NCBI GenBank assembly: GCA_001775095.1
Contig: MFCA01000025.1
Span: 181,232 to 245,231, forward strand
Reading direction: 5' to 3'
From: Candidatus Curtissbacteria bacterium RIFOXYA1_FULL_41_14
Lineage (GTDB): Bacteria; Patescibacteriota; Microgenomatia; Curtissbacterales; GWA2-41-24
Length of the DNA: 64,000 nucleotides
Notes under the pieces: model-generated
Seen by the model: the letters and a program-made list of their open reading frames with translations, nothing else
The model's database searches: none
What the model was told of the DNA's origin: nothing
Made by a program: the position numbers and the translations under genes
Shown here: one piece after another, positions 17,604 to 25,703 of the stretch
Numbering within the stretch: position 1 is the stretch's first letter
Layout of the letters: each line of letters opens with the position of its first letter

Positions 17604-18983
17604 ATGCTAAATTCTCTGATTACTCTTGCGGTCTCGTCGGTTGCTTTCTTGCGGACGATTGATGGATTTCCTTTGAGGAATTGGGACGAGGCTTGGTATG
17701 CTGAAGAAATTAAGAATATGGCCGTTGGTTCTTACAGTTTATTGGCAACATTTTGGAATGGTCATTATTACTTTGATAAGCCTCCTCTTTATTTCTGGCT
17801 TTCTTTACCCATCGTTGAATTTTTTGGATTAGGCCAATGGCAAGTCAGACTTGTTACAGTTTTATCGGCGATTTTTGCCTCGATACTTATCTATCTTATT
17901 GGCAAAAAACTTTTTAATGCTACTGTCGGAATAATTTCTTTTGTCGTCTTTGTCAGTCTTGGTCAGGTTGTTATCAGATTCGCTCATGGTAATTTAGATG
18001 CTCTTTTGGTTTTAATGTTTCTAACCTCATTTTATTTTTATCTTGTCTCCTTACAAAAAAGGGTGTTCGCGCCGATTTGCGGAATCGCACTGGGTTTTGG
18101 GTTTTTAGTCAAAGGATGGTTTATTGGCCTTTATCCCGCATTAATAATTTTTCTCTGGTCACTTTTCACCCAGAGAAAAATACCTCGCAATTTCATATTA
18201 ATCATGGTTTTTGCCTTAATTTCGTCTTCCTGGTATTTCATTTTAGGAACTTTAAGATTTGGTGAATCATTTTTCAATTGGTACCTTTTAAATCCTACGG
18301 GAGGACTTCTAAAGTCACCATTTGCCTCTTTCTCGCTTACTTATTTCAGGGACTTGGGACAAGATATCGGTTTTTGGTGGATTCCGATAGTCATTTTTAT
18401 ATTCAAATTTAGAAAAATAGCACAGGCTGAGAGGAAAGTGTTGATGACATTTTTAGTATCAATCCTGGCGTTTATAATCCCTCTTAATTTTCTTTCTGAA
18501 AAATTGGGCTGGTACAATTTGCCGACTTACCCTTTAGTTGCCATAATAGTCGCTTTTGTTTTGGAAAAGCTTTATCGAAAATCTGCCAAAGCGACTATCA
18601 TTTTGATTGGTGTGATTTTGATCTTGCAAATTTTTAATATTAATCGTATTGAAAATATTTATCCGGATAGGTCGAAAGTTGGAGCAAACTTAGGGCTTTT
18701 TGCCCAAAAACTTATCCCAAAAGAAGATACGGTTGTACTTGATGACCATGATTTCACGGCTTTTCTTTTTTATTCAAATCACGGGAAGGTTTTTGTTGTA
18801 GATAGTGAGGGACCAAAACCCGGTGAGTGGTGGATACTTAAATATGACCAACTGGCGATGTTTCTTCTGGACAATCCCAAAACTTGGATTGTTACACCAA
18901 ATTTAGAAAATCTGCCGTTTGAAGTAAAGAGCGAGCAAGTCGCCGGCAATCTCGGGGGCTACAGCTTCATCAAACTTTATTAG
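17604..18983 (+). CDS. GT39/GT83-like membrane glycosyltransferase (PMT/ArnT family)
   Basis: Polytopic membrane protein with an N-terminal ...RNWDEAWYAEEIKNM...FDKPPLYFWL... loop. This loop is characteristic of dolichyl/undecaprenyl-phosphate sugar transferases of the PMT/ArnT type. Confidence 0.65.
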   Translation: MLNSLITLAVSSVAFLRTIDGFPLRNWDEAWYAEEIKNMAVGSYSLLATFWNGHYYFDKPPLYFWLSLPIVEFFGLGQWQVRLVTVLSAIFASILIYLIGKKLFNATVGIISFVVFVSLGQVVIRFAHGNLDALLVLMFLTSFYFYLVSLQKRVFAPICGIALGFGFLVKGWFIGLYPALIIFLWSLFTQRKIPRNFILIMVFALISSSWYFILGTLRFGESFFNWYLLNPTGGLLKSPFASFSLTYFRDLGQDIGFWWIPIVIFIFKFRKIAQAERKVLMTFLVSILAFIIPLNFLSEKLGWYNLPTYPLVAIIVAFVLEKLYRKSAKATIILIGVILILQIFNINRIENIYPDRSKVGANLGLFAQKLIPKEDTVVLDDHDFTAFLFYSNHGKVFVVDSEGPKPGEWWILKYDQLAMFLLDNPKTWIVTPNLENLPFEVKSEQVAGNLGGYSFIKLY

Positions 18984-19025
18984 CAACTACAAGGTCGGAC
19001 CTCGTTGTGCTTTCTTCGACTTCGC

Positions 19026-19871
19026 TCAGGATAAATTCTCCAATTCCTCGAGTAAACGTTTTTGGTCACGATTTAATCTACTTGGAACATGAATTCTGAT
19101 TATGACGTAGTGGTCGCCTTGGCCGTGGCCGGAGACGCGGCGGATGCCTTTGCCACGCAAGCGGATTTGAGTACCGGCGCCAGTGCCAGAGGGAATACGA
19201 ATTTTGACAGGTCCGTCAATCGTCTCAATGTCCTTAACTGTCCCCAGTGCCGCTTGAGAAAAAGAAATTTCTTCCTCAGATATAACATCGTAGCCTCTTC
19301 TTTTAAATTTTCTGTGAGGAGATACCTGACACACAATTACAAAGTTTGAAAAGCGAATTTCCGAACCGTCATCAACACCGGGGGGAATTTTAATCTTTTG
19401 TCTCTTGCCTTCAATTTCAACTTCTTTGGCGACCCCGTGAACCGCTTCCATAAAATCTAAGTTGAGCACGTAGCGGGGCAAGCGGGCTTGACGGCCAAAT
19501 GGTGATCTTTCGCCAAAAACCATTTCAAAAATATCAAAAGGGTCGGCAAATCCGCCAGAATCAAAACCGCCGAAGTCGCCGCTTGACCAACTATAAGTTC
19601 GAAAACCGCCCCCGCCAGGTGGAGCACCAGCACCGCCAAATCCACCGCCGGGTTGAAAGGCAGAATGGCCGAATTGATCGTAAGCTCCCTTTTTCTGAGG
19701 ATCTGAAAGAACTTGGTAAGCTTCGTTTATTTCCTTGAACTTTTCCTCTGCACCGGCCGATTTATCAACGTCAGGATGATGCTTACGCGCCTTAGTACGA
19801 TATGCCTTTTTTAGTTCGTCGGGACTTGCATTTTTCCCGACACCAAGAACTTCGTAATAGTCTTTTTTCAT
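19026..19871 (-). CDS. dnaJ: J-domain chaperone (DnaJ/CbpA-like; G/F-rich region, no zinc-finger domain)
   Basis: J domain [35 protein letters not shown] (HPD motif) and a G/F-rich linker, followed by C-terminal substrate-binding domains. CxxCxGxG repeats are absent. Confidence 0.8.
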   Translation of the reverse strand: MKKDYYEVLGVGKNASPDELKKAYRTKARKHHPDVDKSAGAEEKFKEINEAYQVLSDPQKKGAYDQFGHSAFQPGGGFGGAGAPPGGGGFRTYSWSSGDFGGFDSGGFADPFDIFEMVFGERSPFGRQARLPRYVLNLDFMEAVHGVAKEVEIEGKRQKIKIPPGVDDGSEIRFSNFVIVCQVSPHRKFKRRGYDVISEEEISFSQAALGTVKDIETIDGPVKIRIPSGTGAGTQIRLRGKGIRRVSGHGQGDHYVIIRIHVPSRLNRDQKRLLEELENLS

Positions 19872-20024
19872 GAATTCAAAATTTCTAATTTCTAAATCCT
19901 AAATCCTAAATAAATCCAAATATCAAAATACAAAATACAAAATAATTTTAGTGCAAATTCCCCTTTTTTGCACATTTGAATTTTGAAATTGTTTAGAGTT
20001 TAGAATTTAGAGTTTAGGATTTGA
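19872..20024. repeat. AT-rich quasi-palindromic intergenic element (AAATCCTAAA / TTTAGGATTT units around a central hairpin)
   Basis: Left arm ctaaatcctaaatcctaaat..., central hairpin gtgcaaa-ttcccctt-tttgcac, and right arm tttagagtttagaatttagagtttaggattt, which is the imperfect reverse complement of the left arm. Confidence 0.55.
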
Positions 20025-20456
20025 TTAGTTGGAGACTTTCTTGCCAGCCAAATCCTGTCCGCCATATGTCGCTGTAGTCTTGTTGACTTTAAACCCTAAC
20101 TCTCCAACTTTCTGATTGTCTGCTAAGATTTCAAATCTGTAGAGGCCGGCGTGCTGCAGGGGAAAATTAACCAATTCCGTTAGCAAATTAGCTTTGCCGT
20201 TTTGGCCAAGCCTCAGGTTTAATTCTTTAGCTGGAAATTCCGGCTGGCCTTTTTCGGGCGGGATGAGCTTTAACTTTAAGGAATACTCCTGGCCTGGTTC
20301 GCCTTTTAGGACCGCAACCAAAAACATCCGAGGCCAGGTGGTCGGCAGATTGGCTACAAAAAACTGGTCAAAAACGCCGATTATAGAAAGTTTTTGCTCT
20401 TGGGAAACGGACGCATGATCACAAAGTACAAATAGTTCTGTTGAAAGTTTTGCCAT
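20025..20456 (-). CDS. Hypothetical 143-aa protein embedded between dnaK and dnaJ
   Basis: An ORF of clean length with no overlapping alternatives, co-oriented within the hrcA-grpE-dnaK-X-dnaJ string. No recognisable motif (MAKLSTELFVLCDHASVSQEQKLSIIGVFDQFF...). Confidence 0.5.
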   Translation of the reverse strand: MAKLSTELFVLCDHASVSQEQKLSIIGVFDQFFVANLPTTWPRMFLVAVLKGEPGQEYSLKLKLIPPEKGQPEFPAKELNLRLGQNGKANLLTELVNFPLQHAGLYRFEILADNQKVGELGFKVNKTTATYGGQDLAGKKVSN

Positions 20457-20465
20457 TTGTCATCC

Positions 20466-22382
20466 TTACTCTTTGACTACTTCGCCTTCCTGAACTTCAC
20501 CGGTGTCGCTGTCTGCTTTTGCTTTAGCCTCTTCTGTTTGCCCGTCCGGCTCTTTTGGCTCTTCTGGCCCCTTTGTACCTTCTGGTTCTTGTTTTTGATA
20601 CATCGACTCGCCTATTTTGGAAAGAACGCTGGAAAGCTCTTCACTTTTAGTTTTGACCTCATCAATCGGAGCAGATGATTCGATTTCTTTAAGAGCTTTA
20701 ATCTTTTCTTCAACCTCAGTCTTAACATCTGCCGGAACCTTGTCCCCGGCATCTTTAAGCGCTTTTTCGGCCTGATAAACTAAAGCATCGGCCCGGTTTC
20801 TGGTTTCTGTCTCTTCTTTTTTAGTTTCATCCTCTTTGGCATGTTCCTCGGCCTCTTTGGTCATCCTTTCAATCTCGTCTTGAGTCAAGCCTGTTGAGCC
20901 GGTAATCTTAATTGATTGTTCTTTATTTGTAGCTTTATCTTTGGCCTTGACGTTTAGAATTCCGTTGGCATCTAGATCAAAAGTGACCTCAACTTGAGGA
21001 ATTCCTCGAGGTGCCGGCGGAATTCCATCAAGAATAAACCGACCGAGTGATTTGTTATCGCTAGCCATTGGCCTTTCTCCCTGAAGAACATTAATTTCAA
21101 CAGAGGTCTGATTATCGGATGCTGTGGAGAAAACTTCTGTTTTGGAAGTCGGAATAGTGGTGTTTCTGGTTATCAGGGGAGTAGAGACAGCTCCCAAAGT
21201 TTCGATTCCAAGAGTTAGAGGCGTGACATCTAGAAGAACCATTTCCTTCATTTCTCCGCCCAAAACTGCTCCTTGAATAGCTGCTCCGACAGCCACAACT
21301 TCATCGGGATTCAAACCCTTATGCGGTTCTTTACCAAAAAAATCTTTAACTTTGGAAATAACAAGCGGCATTCTGGTCATACCGCCAACTAAAATAACTT
21401 CGTCAATCTTTTTGGCATCAAGTTTGGCGTCTTTGAGACAGTCGCGTACCGGGCCAAACGTTTTGTCAACCAATTCACCGATTATCGATTCGAGTTTTGC
21501 CCTTGAAAGCTTAAGCTGCAAATGTTTGGGTCCAGTTTGATCAGCTGTCAAATAGGGAATAGAAATTTCCGTTTCAGCGGTGGTAGAAAGTTCAATTTTA
21601 GCCTTTTCGGCAGCATCTCTTAGCCGCTGCAGCGCTTGTCTGTCTTTGGATATATCGATACCGGACTCTTTCTTAAATTCCTCTGATAAAAATTCGATAA
21701 TTTTCGCATCAAAATCATCTCCGCCAAGATGGGTATCCCCATTAGTTGCCTTAACTTCAAAAACACCCTCTCCAAGTTCCAGAGTCGAAATGTCAAAAGT
21801 TCCGCCGCCAAGATCGTAAACGGCAATAGTATGAGCATGTGCTTTATCAAGACCGTAAGCTAGTGCAGCCGCTGTCGGTTCGTTGATAATTCTCTCGACC
21901 TTAAAACCAGCAATTTCTCCGGCTTGTTTAGTAGCCTGGCGCTGAGAATCATCGAAGTACGCGGGAACAGTGATCACTGCTTGTTCCACCTTACCGCCAA
22001 GATAGCTTTCGGCATCGGCTTTCATTTTGCCCAAGACCATTGCCGAGATTTCCTGGGGGGTATAGTCTTTGCCTTCGACACTGACAACTGCCATGCCATC
22101 GCGACCTTCTTTAATGTCATATGGCAGCCACTTCATGTCCCTTTGAACTTCAGCATCTTTAAATTTGCGGCCCATCAGTCTTTTTATGGAAAAGATGGTA
22201 GTTTTAGGATTAACAACCATCTGGCGTTTGGCGACATCGCCGACGATGTGTTTTACAGGGTCGACAACCGACGGAATGATATTCCTGCCTTCTGCAGAAT
22301 GGATAACTTTAGGTTTCCCGGCTTCAACCACGGCAACTACCGAATTGGTTGTTCCTAAATCGATACCGATGATTTTAGACAT
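20466..22382 (-). CDS. dnaK: Chaperone protein DnaK (Hsp70)
   Basis: [14 protein letters not shown]..., DLGGGTFD, the full NBD and SBD, and a charged C-terminal tail. Confidence 0.97.
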   Translation of the reverse strand: MSKIIGIDLGTTNSVVAVVEAGKPKVIHSAEGRNIIPSVVDPVKHIVGDVAKRQMVVNPKTTIFSIKRLMGRKFKDAEVQRDMKWLPYDIKEGRDGMAVVSVEGKDYTPQEISAMVLGKMKADAESYLGGKVEQAVITVPAYFDDSQRQATKQAGEIAGFKVERIINEPTAAALAYGLDKAHAHTIAVYDLGGGTFDISTLELGEGVFEVKATNGDTHLGGDDFDAKIIEFLSEEFKKESGIDISKDRQALQRLRDAAEKAKIELSTTAETEISIPYLTADQTGPKHLQLKLSRAKLESIIGELVDKTFGPVRDCLKDAKLDAKKIDEVILVGGMTRMPLVISKVKDFFGKEPHKGLNPDEVVAVGAAIQGAVLGGEMKEMVLLDVTPLTLGIETLGAVSTPLITRNTTIPTSKTEVFSTASDNQTSVEINVLQGERPMASDNKSLGRFILDGIPPAPRGIPQVEVTFDLDANGILNVKAKDKATNKEQSIKITGSTGLTQDEIERMTKEAEEHAKEDETKKEETETRNRADALVYQAEKALKDAGDKVPADVKTEVEEKIKALKEIESSAPIDEVKTKSEELSSVLSKIGESMYQKQEPEGTKGPEEPKEPDGQTEEAKAKADSDTGEVQEGEVVKE

Positions 22383-22423
22383 ATATATCCTAATTTATCC
22401 GAATTTGATTGTCCGAATTTATC

Positions 22424-22957
22424 CTAATGCTCTAACTTAGTATATTCGGATTCATTCGTATTATTTTCATTCGTATACATTTGTGTGTTTTTTCCTTCTT
22501 CGGCTTTTTCTTCAGTCTTTTGGTCTATCTGCTGCCTCTCAACTGCAACTTGCGCCGGCCGCAAGACCTTACTATTTATTTTATAACCTTTCCTGATAAC
22601 CTTGGCAATCATGCCATCATTTTGGCCTTCGACAACTGATGTTGCTTCGTGTAAATTCGGGTCAAATTTACTTCCCTGTGCTTCTATTTCTTCAACTCCT
22701 TCTGAGGATAAAACATCTCTAAACTGCTTAATAACCATTTCCAAACCCTCATCCTTTAAGTGCTTCTGCGCATTTTCAAGATTATCAAGAACCGGCAGAA
22801 ACCTTTCAATTAGAATTGCACTTGAGAGTTGGCCAAGTAGCTTTCTTTCCTCTTCTACGCGTCTTTCAAGATTTTGGTAGTCCGCAAGAGCTCTTTTTAA
22901 CTGCTCCTCAAGCTGTTTACTTTTACTGTCGATTTTTGGCAATTGTTTTTTACTCAT
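22424..22957 (-). CDS. grpE: Nucleotide exchange factor GrpE
   Basis: Coiled-coil N-terminus (QLEEQLKRALADYQNLERRVEEE) and a C-terminal beta-domain. Sits between hrcA and dnaK. Confidence 0.85.
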   Translation of the reverse strand: MSKKQLPKIDSKSKQLEEQLKRALADYQNLERRVEEERKLLGQLSSAILIERFLPVLDNLENAQKHLKDEGLEMVIKQFRDVLSSEGVEEIEAQGSKFDPNLHEATSVVEGQNDGMIAKVIRKGYKINSKVLRPAQVAVERQQIDQKTEEKAEEGKNTQMYTNENNTNESEYTKLEH

Positions 22958-22961
22958 AAGA

Positions 22962-23681
22962 TTAAACTCCTAAGCTTGATAATAGTTGCGAAAAGTACCT
23001 CATTGTTGGAATAATCACCTGATAATTAAGTCGGGATGGACCTACTACTGCCAAAACGCCCCGGTGACTGGGCATCTGATAACGGGAAATCACGAACCCA
23101 CAAGGCTCAAGATACGGCACGCCCAATTCCTCACCGAAAAGTATTTTTATCTGTTCTTCTGTTGAAAGTTGGCCAAAGATCGCAGAAAGCATCTCTGCTT
23201 TATCAAGCATCGAAAGCACGGTTTTGGTGATATCGATATCGTAAAACTCCGGCATGTCTAAAATATTGGCCATACCAGACGCGTATATATCGTTTTCTTC
23301 GTCAGTTGCCAGTGCCATAGAGTGAGTTTGATCTGCCAAAACCTTGGCGGTATGGCGAAGGAGTTTGTCGAATCTTTCTTTCTTTTCGCCAAGTTCTTCT
23401 TTAATAGCAACTTCATCTTTTAGAGAAAGAGACTTTTCTTCCATCAATTGATCAACATAAAATTTCATACCGACTGATGTAGGAATCCGACCAGCGGAGG
23501 TGTGCGGTTGTCGAAGATAACCAAGGCTGGTCAGTTTAACCATCTCGTTCCTGATGGTTGCCGGCGAAACCCCAAGTTTTGATTCTTTTTCAATAGTTTC
23601 AGAACCGATTGGTTCGGCGGTTTCGATATATTTTTCGATAACTGCACGAAGCAGATTTTTTTGTCGATCAGTAAGGTCCAT
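22962..23681 (-). CDS. hrcA: Heat-inducible transcription repressor HrcA (short form)
   Basis: N-terminal winged HTH MDLTDRQKNLLRAVIEKYIETAEPIGSETI...GVSPATIRNEM..LGYL, as in HrcA. A CIRCE-like operator lies in its promoter. Confidence 0.85.
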   Translation of the reverse strand: MDLTDRQKNLLRAVIEKYIETAEPIGSETIEKESKLGVSPATIRNEMVKLTSLGYLRQPHTSAGRIPTSVGMKFYVDQLMEEKSLSLKDEVAIKEELGEKKERFDKLLRHTAKVLADQTHSMALATDEENDIYASGMANILDMPEFYDIDITKTVLSMLDKAEMLSAIFGQLSTEEQIKILFGEELGVPYLEPCGFVISRYQMPSHRGVLAVVGPSRLNYQVIIPTMRYFSQLLSSLGV

Positions 23682-23815
23682 CGTAAAATTCCTTCAGAAT
23701 TTAGTTATGAGTTCTGAGGGATGAGTAGTGAGTTTGATGTAATTTCTCAATCCCCAAATCTCAGTACTCAATACTTTTTAATGGCGAGTGGGCAGTTAGG
23801 GCATCTCGCCGTTAT

Positions 23816-23892
23816 TGTCCAGATACTATACAGTATCTGGTTTAAACAGATATCGTATGGTATCTGTTTAAACGGGTACCGTACGGTGCCTG
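23816..23892. repeat. Three consecutive palindromes in the hrcA 5' leader, of which two are tandem copies of a ~30-bp palindromic unit
   Basis: CCAGATACTatacAGTATCTGG followed by GTTTAAACAGATAtcgtatggTATCTGTTTAAAC, then GGTACCGTACGGTGCC. Units 1 and 2 share CAGATAYYRTAYRGTATCTG plus GTTTAAAC. Confidence 0.55.
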
Positions 23893-23893
23893 T

Positions 23894-23921
23894 TTAGCAG
23901 ACAATGTACCACGAGTGCTAA
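23894..23921. promoter_or_regulatory. CIRCE-like HrcA operator (TTAGCAGAC-N10-GAGTGCTAA) overlapping the hrcA promoter
   Basis: Plus strand reads ttagcagac aatgtaccac gagtgctaa. One half-site matches the CIRCE consensus exactly; the other has 7 of 9 matches, and the spacer is 10 nt rather than 9. Confidence 0.6.
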
Positions 23922-23931
23922 TCGTTGTCAA
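23903..23931 (-). promoter_or_regulatory. Candidate hrcA operon promoter (TTGACA-N17-TACATT on the minus strand) with CIRCE in the spacer and -10 region
   Basis: Minus strand reads TTGACAacgattagcactcgtggTACATT. This is the classic arrangement in which CIRCE overlaps the -10 region and the transcription start. Confidence 0.5.
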
Positions 23932-23987
23932 GCCCCCGGCAAATTAGCAATCCAGACATAATTCTGGTATATTTATAGGCCTTAATT

Positions 23988-24623
23988 ATGACAGAAAGAC
24001 GCCTGAAAGAAACAATTGCAACTTATAACGCTGTTGCTTCCGACTACGAACAGCGAACTAATCATCTTGCCCCCACAGAAGAACTGCCAAGATTTACCAG
24101 ATTACTTGCGGCTGGCGCTAAGGTTTTAGATGCAGGTTGTGGTTATGGTCGGGAGCTTCGCCATTTTGTAGATCAAGGATTTATCACATATGGAATTGAT
24201 CTCTCCGAAGGCATGCTTGCAAGAGCAAGACAAAGAACTCCAGAGGCAAGTATCTTAAAGATGGATGTTAGAAAATTAGGTTTTCAGGAAGATTTCCTTG
24301 ATGGTGTTTGGTGCCGGGGAGTATTGCATCATTTGGAAAGAAATCAAATACAAAAAACATTAATTGGGATAAAACGCATACTTAAATCTGATGGGATTTT
24401 GTTAGTCATTTGTCAAAGTGGGACTGGCGAAGCAAAAGTAGAGGAAGAATTAACCTGTGGAAAGCCAAGATTTTTTACTTATTTTTCTGGAAGTGAGCTT
24501 GCGACACTGGTAGCGGACTCGGGTTTTGCTTTAGTAGAAGGGTATACCTACAATGAAAAAGAGCGTTACGGCACAGGTCGAGCAAATTTGAATTTCATAG
24601 TTGTCTTAGCTAGAAAGCCTTAA
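23988..24623 (+). CDS. Class I SAM-dependent methyltransferase
   Basis: Motif I VLDAGCGYGRELRHF, with post-I acidic residues and a Rossmann-fold layout. Confidence 0.75.
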   Translation: MTERRLKETIATYNAVASDYEQRTNHLAPTEELPRFTRLLAAGAKVLDAGCGYGRELRHFVDQGFITYGIDLSEGMLARARQRTPEASILKMDVRKLGFQEDFLDGVWCRGVLHHLERNQIQKTLIGIKRILKSDGILLVICQSGTGEAKVEEELTCGKPRFFTYFSGSELATLVADSGFALVEGYTYNEKERYGTGRANLNFIVVLARKP

Positions 24624-24705
24624 AAATTTACCTAAATACTCTAATGATCTAGATTATTAGAGTGAGTCTATAATCTGAGAGAGCTCTCAATTTTATTAAT
24701 GCGAC

Positions 24706-25113
24706 TCAGAGGCTTTTGAGAAAAGCTTCGATTGTGGGGTAAAATTCGTCGAAAATGAGATAATGGCTTTCGGCTTTTTTCTGATCTCCGATTAAAATAC
24801 ATTTCTTGCCAAGGCCGTAAGCTATTCCGGCTTCAATATGGGCGGATTTGCCGGCAGGTAAAAGCAAAATGAGAATTTGTGAGTTTTTAAGTCCTTCAAG
24901 ATCCTTTTCAAAAATTTTCCTGACCCTTTGATCTTTTTGCCATTTCTTTGTCGATTCAAACTTTTTCATGACTGATTCTGGATCAAGCTTTGAATCAAAA
25001 ATAGAGAAAACTTTTTTTACTTCCCTCGAAGAAACTAAAAACTGTTTTATCTCTTTTTCGCAATCCTTTGACCAGTTCAAGCACTTTATCCCGATTGCGC
25101 CATCTGGAAGCAA
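24706..25113 (-). CDS. Nucleoside 2-deoxyribosyltransferase-like (NDT/LOG-fold) small protein; the start is uncertain (a TTG at 25113, or an internal ATG)
   Basis: ILLLPAGKSAHIEAGIAYGLGKKCILIG matches the NDT-fold core pattern S-x4-E-x-G-x-A-x3-G-K, in which the Glu is the nucleophile in bona fide NDTs. Confidence 0.4.
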   Translation of the reverse strand: MLPDGAIGIKCLNWSKDCEKEIKQFLVSSREVKKVFSIFDSKLDPESVMKKFESTKKWQKDQRVRKIFEKDLEGLKNSQILILLLPAGKSAHIEAGIAYGLGKKCILIGDQKKAESHYLIFDEFYPTIEAFLKSL

Positions 25114-25148
25114 TAAAATACTGATATTTCATATGAGGTCAAAAAGGC

Positions 25149-25655
25149 TTAAGAAGCTTTTGGCTGAATCTGAAAGCTTAATACATCCTTCGGGGATATT
25201 CCGTTACGAGGATCTTCACTCCTAATGAATTGACCTTGGTCACCTTCTTTGAATCTCTGGAACCTGAAACCATACCCAACAGAGCCCCTCGCAAGATTCA
25301 ATTCCATTTCTAATCTGCCTGGCCTTTCTGCTAAAGATTCTGGTAAATCTAAGGGAGGATCGACCAATAGGAAAAATTTTATACTGCTTCCATTATCTAC
25401 CTTTAGGTGAGGGATTTCTCCCGACCACTCGTTATACGTCGGTTCTAATACTTCCACTGCGAGCTTCGCATCTTTAGGCATTCTATCCTTATAGACAGGT
25501 TTAATGACCGTGTCCCAAAGAAAACTAGCTCTTTGTTCGAAAGCAGTATTTCCTCGTAGGGCATTCCATATATCCGCACATCCATTTAACCGCTCGTTAA
25601 GAGCTTCAACATGCGCCTGTTCGCTTTCAATTTCAGCCTGATCTGGACTTTGCAT
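25149..25655 (-). CDS. Hypothetical 168-aa protein (no recognised domain), paired with the NDT-like ORF downstream of lepA
   Basis: Clean ORF. The local composition looks somewhat GC-richer than neighbouring genes (by-eye impression). Confidence 0.4.
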   Translation of the reverse strand: MQSPDQAEIESEQAHVEALNERLNGCADIWNALRGNTAFEQRASFLWDTVIKPVYKDRMPKDAKLAVEVLEPTYNEWSGEIPHLKVDNGSSIKFFLLVDPPLDLPESLAERPGRLEMELNLARGSVGYGFRFQRFKEGDQGQFIRSEDPRNGISPKDVLSFQIQPKAS

Positions 25656-25703
25656 TATAATAAAATACTATCACAGGGTAGTAGTTAATTTCAAAATCGC
25701 CCT

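Noticed and set aside
19089-19160. GC-rich stretch inside dnaJ, considered as another palindromic insert
   Set aside because: It encodes the conserved DnaJ C-terminal region ([17 protein letters not shown]) and lacks the palindromes. This is normal coding GC.
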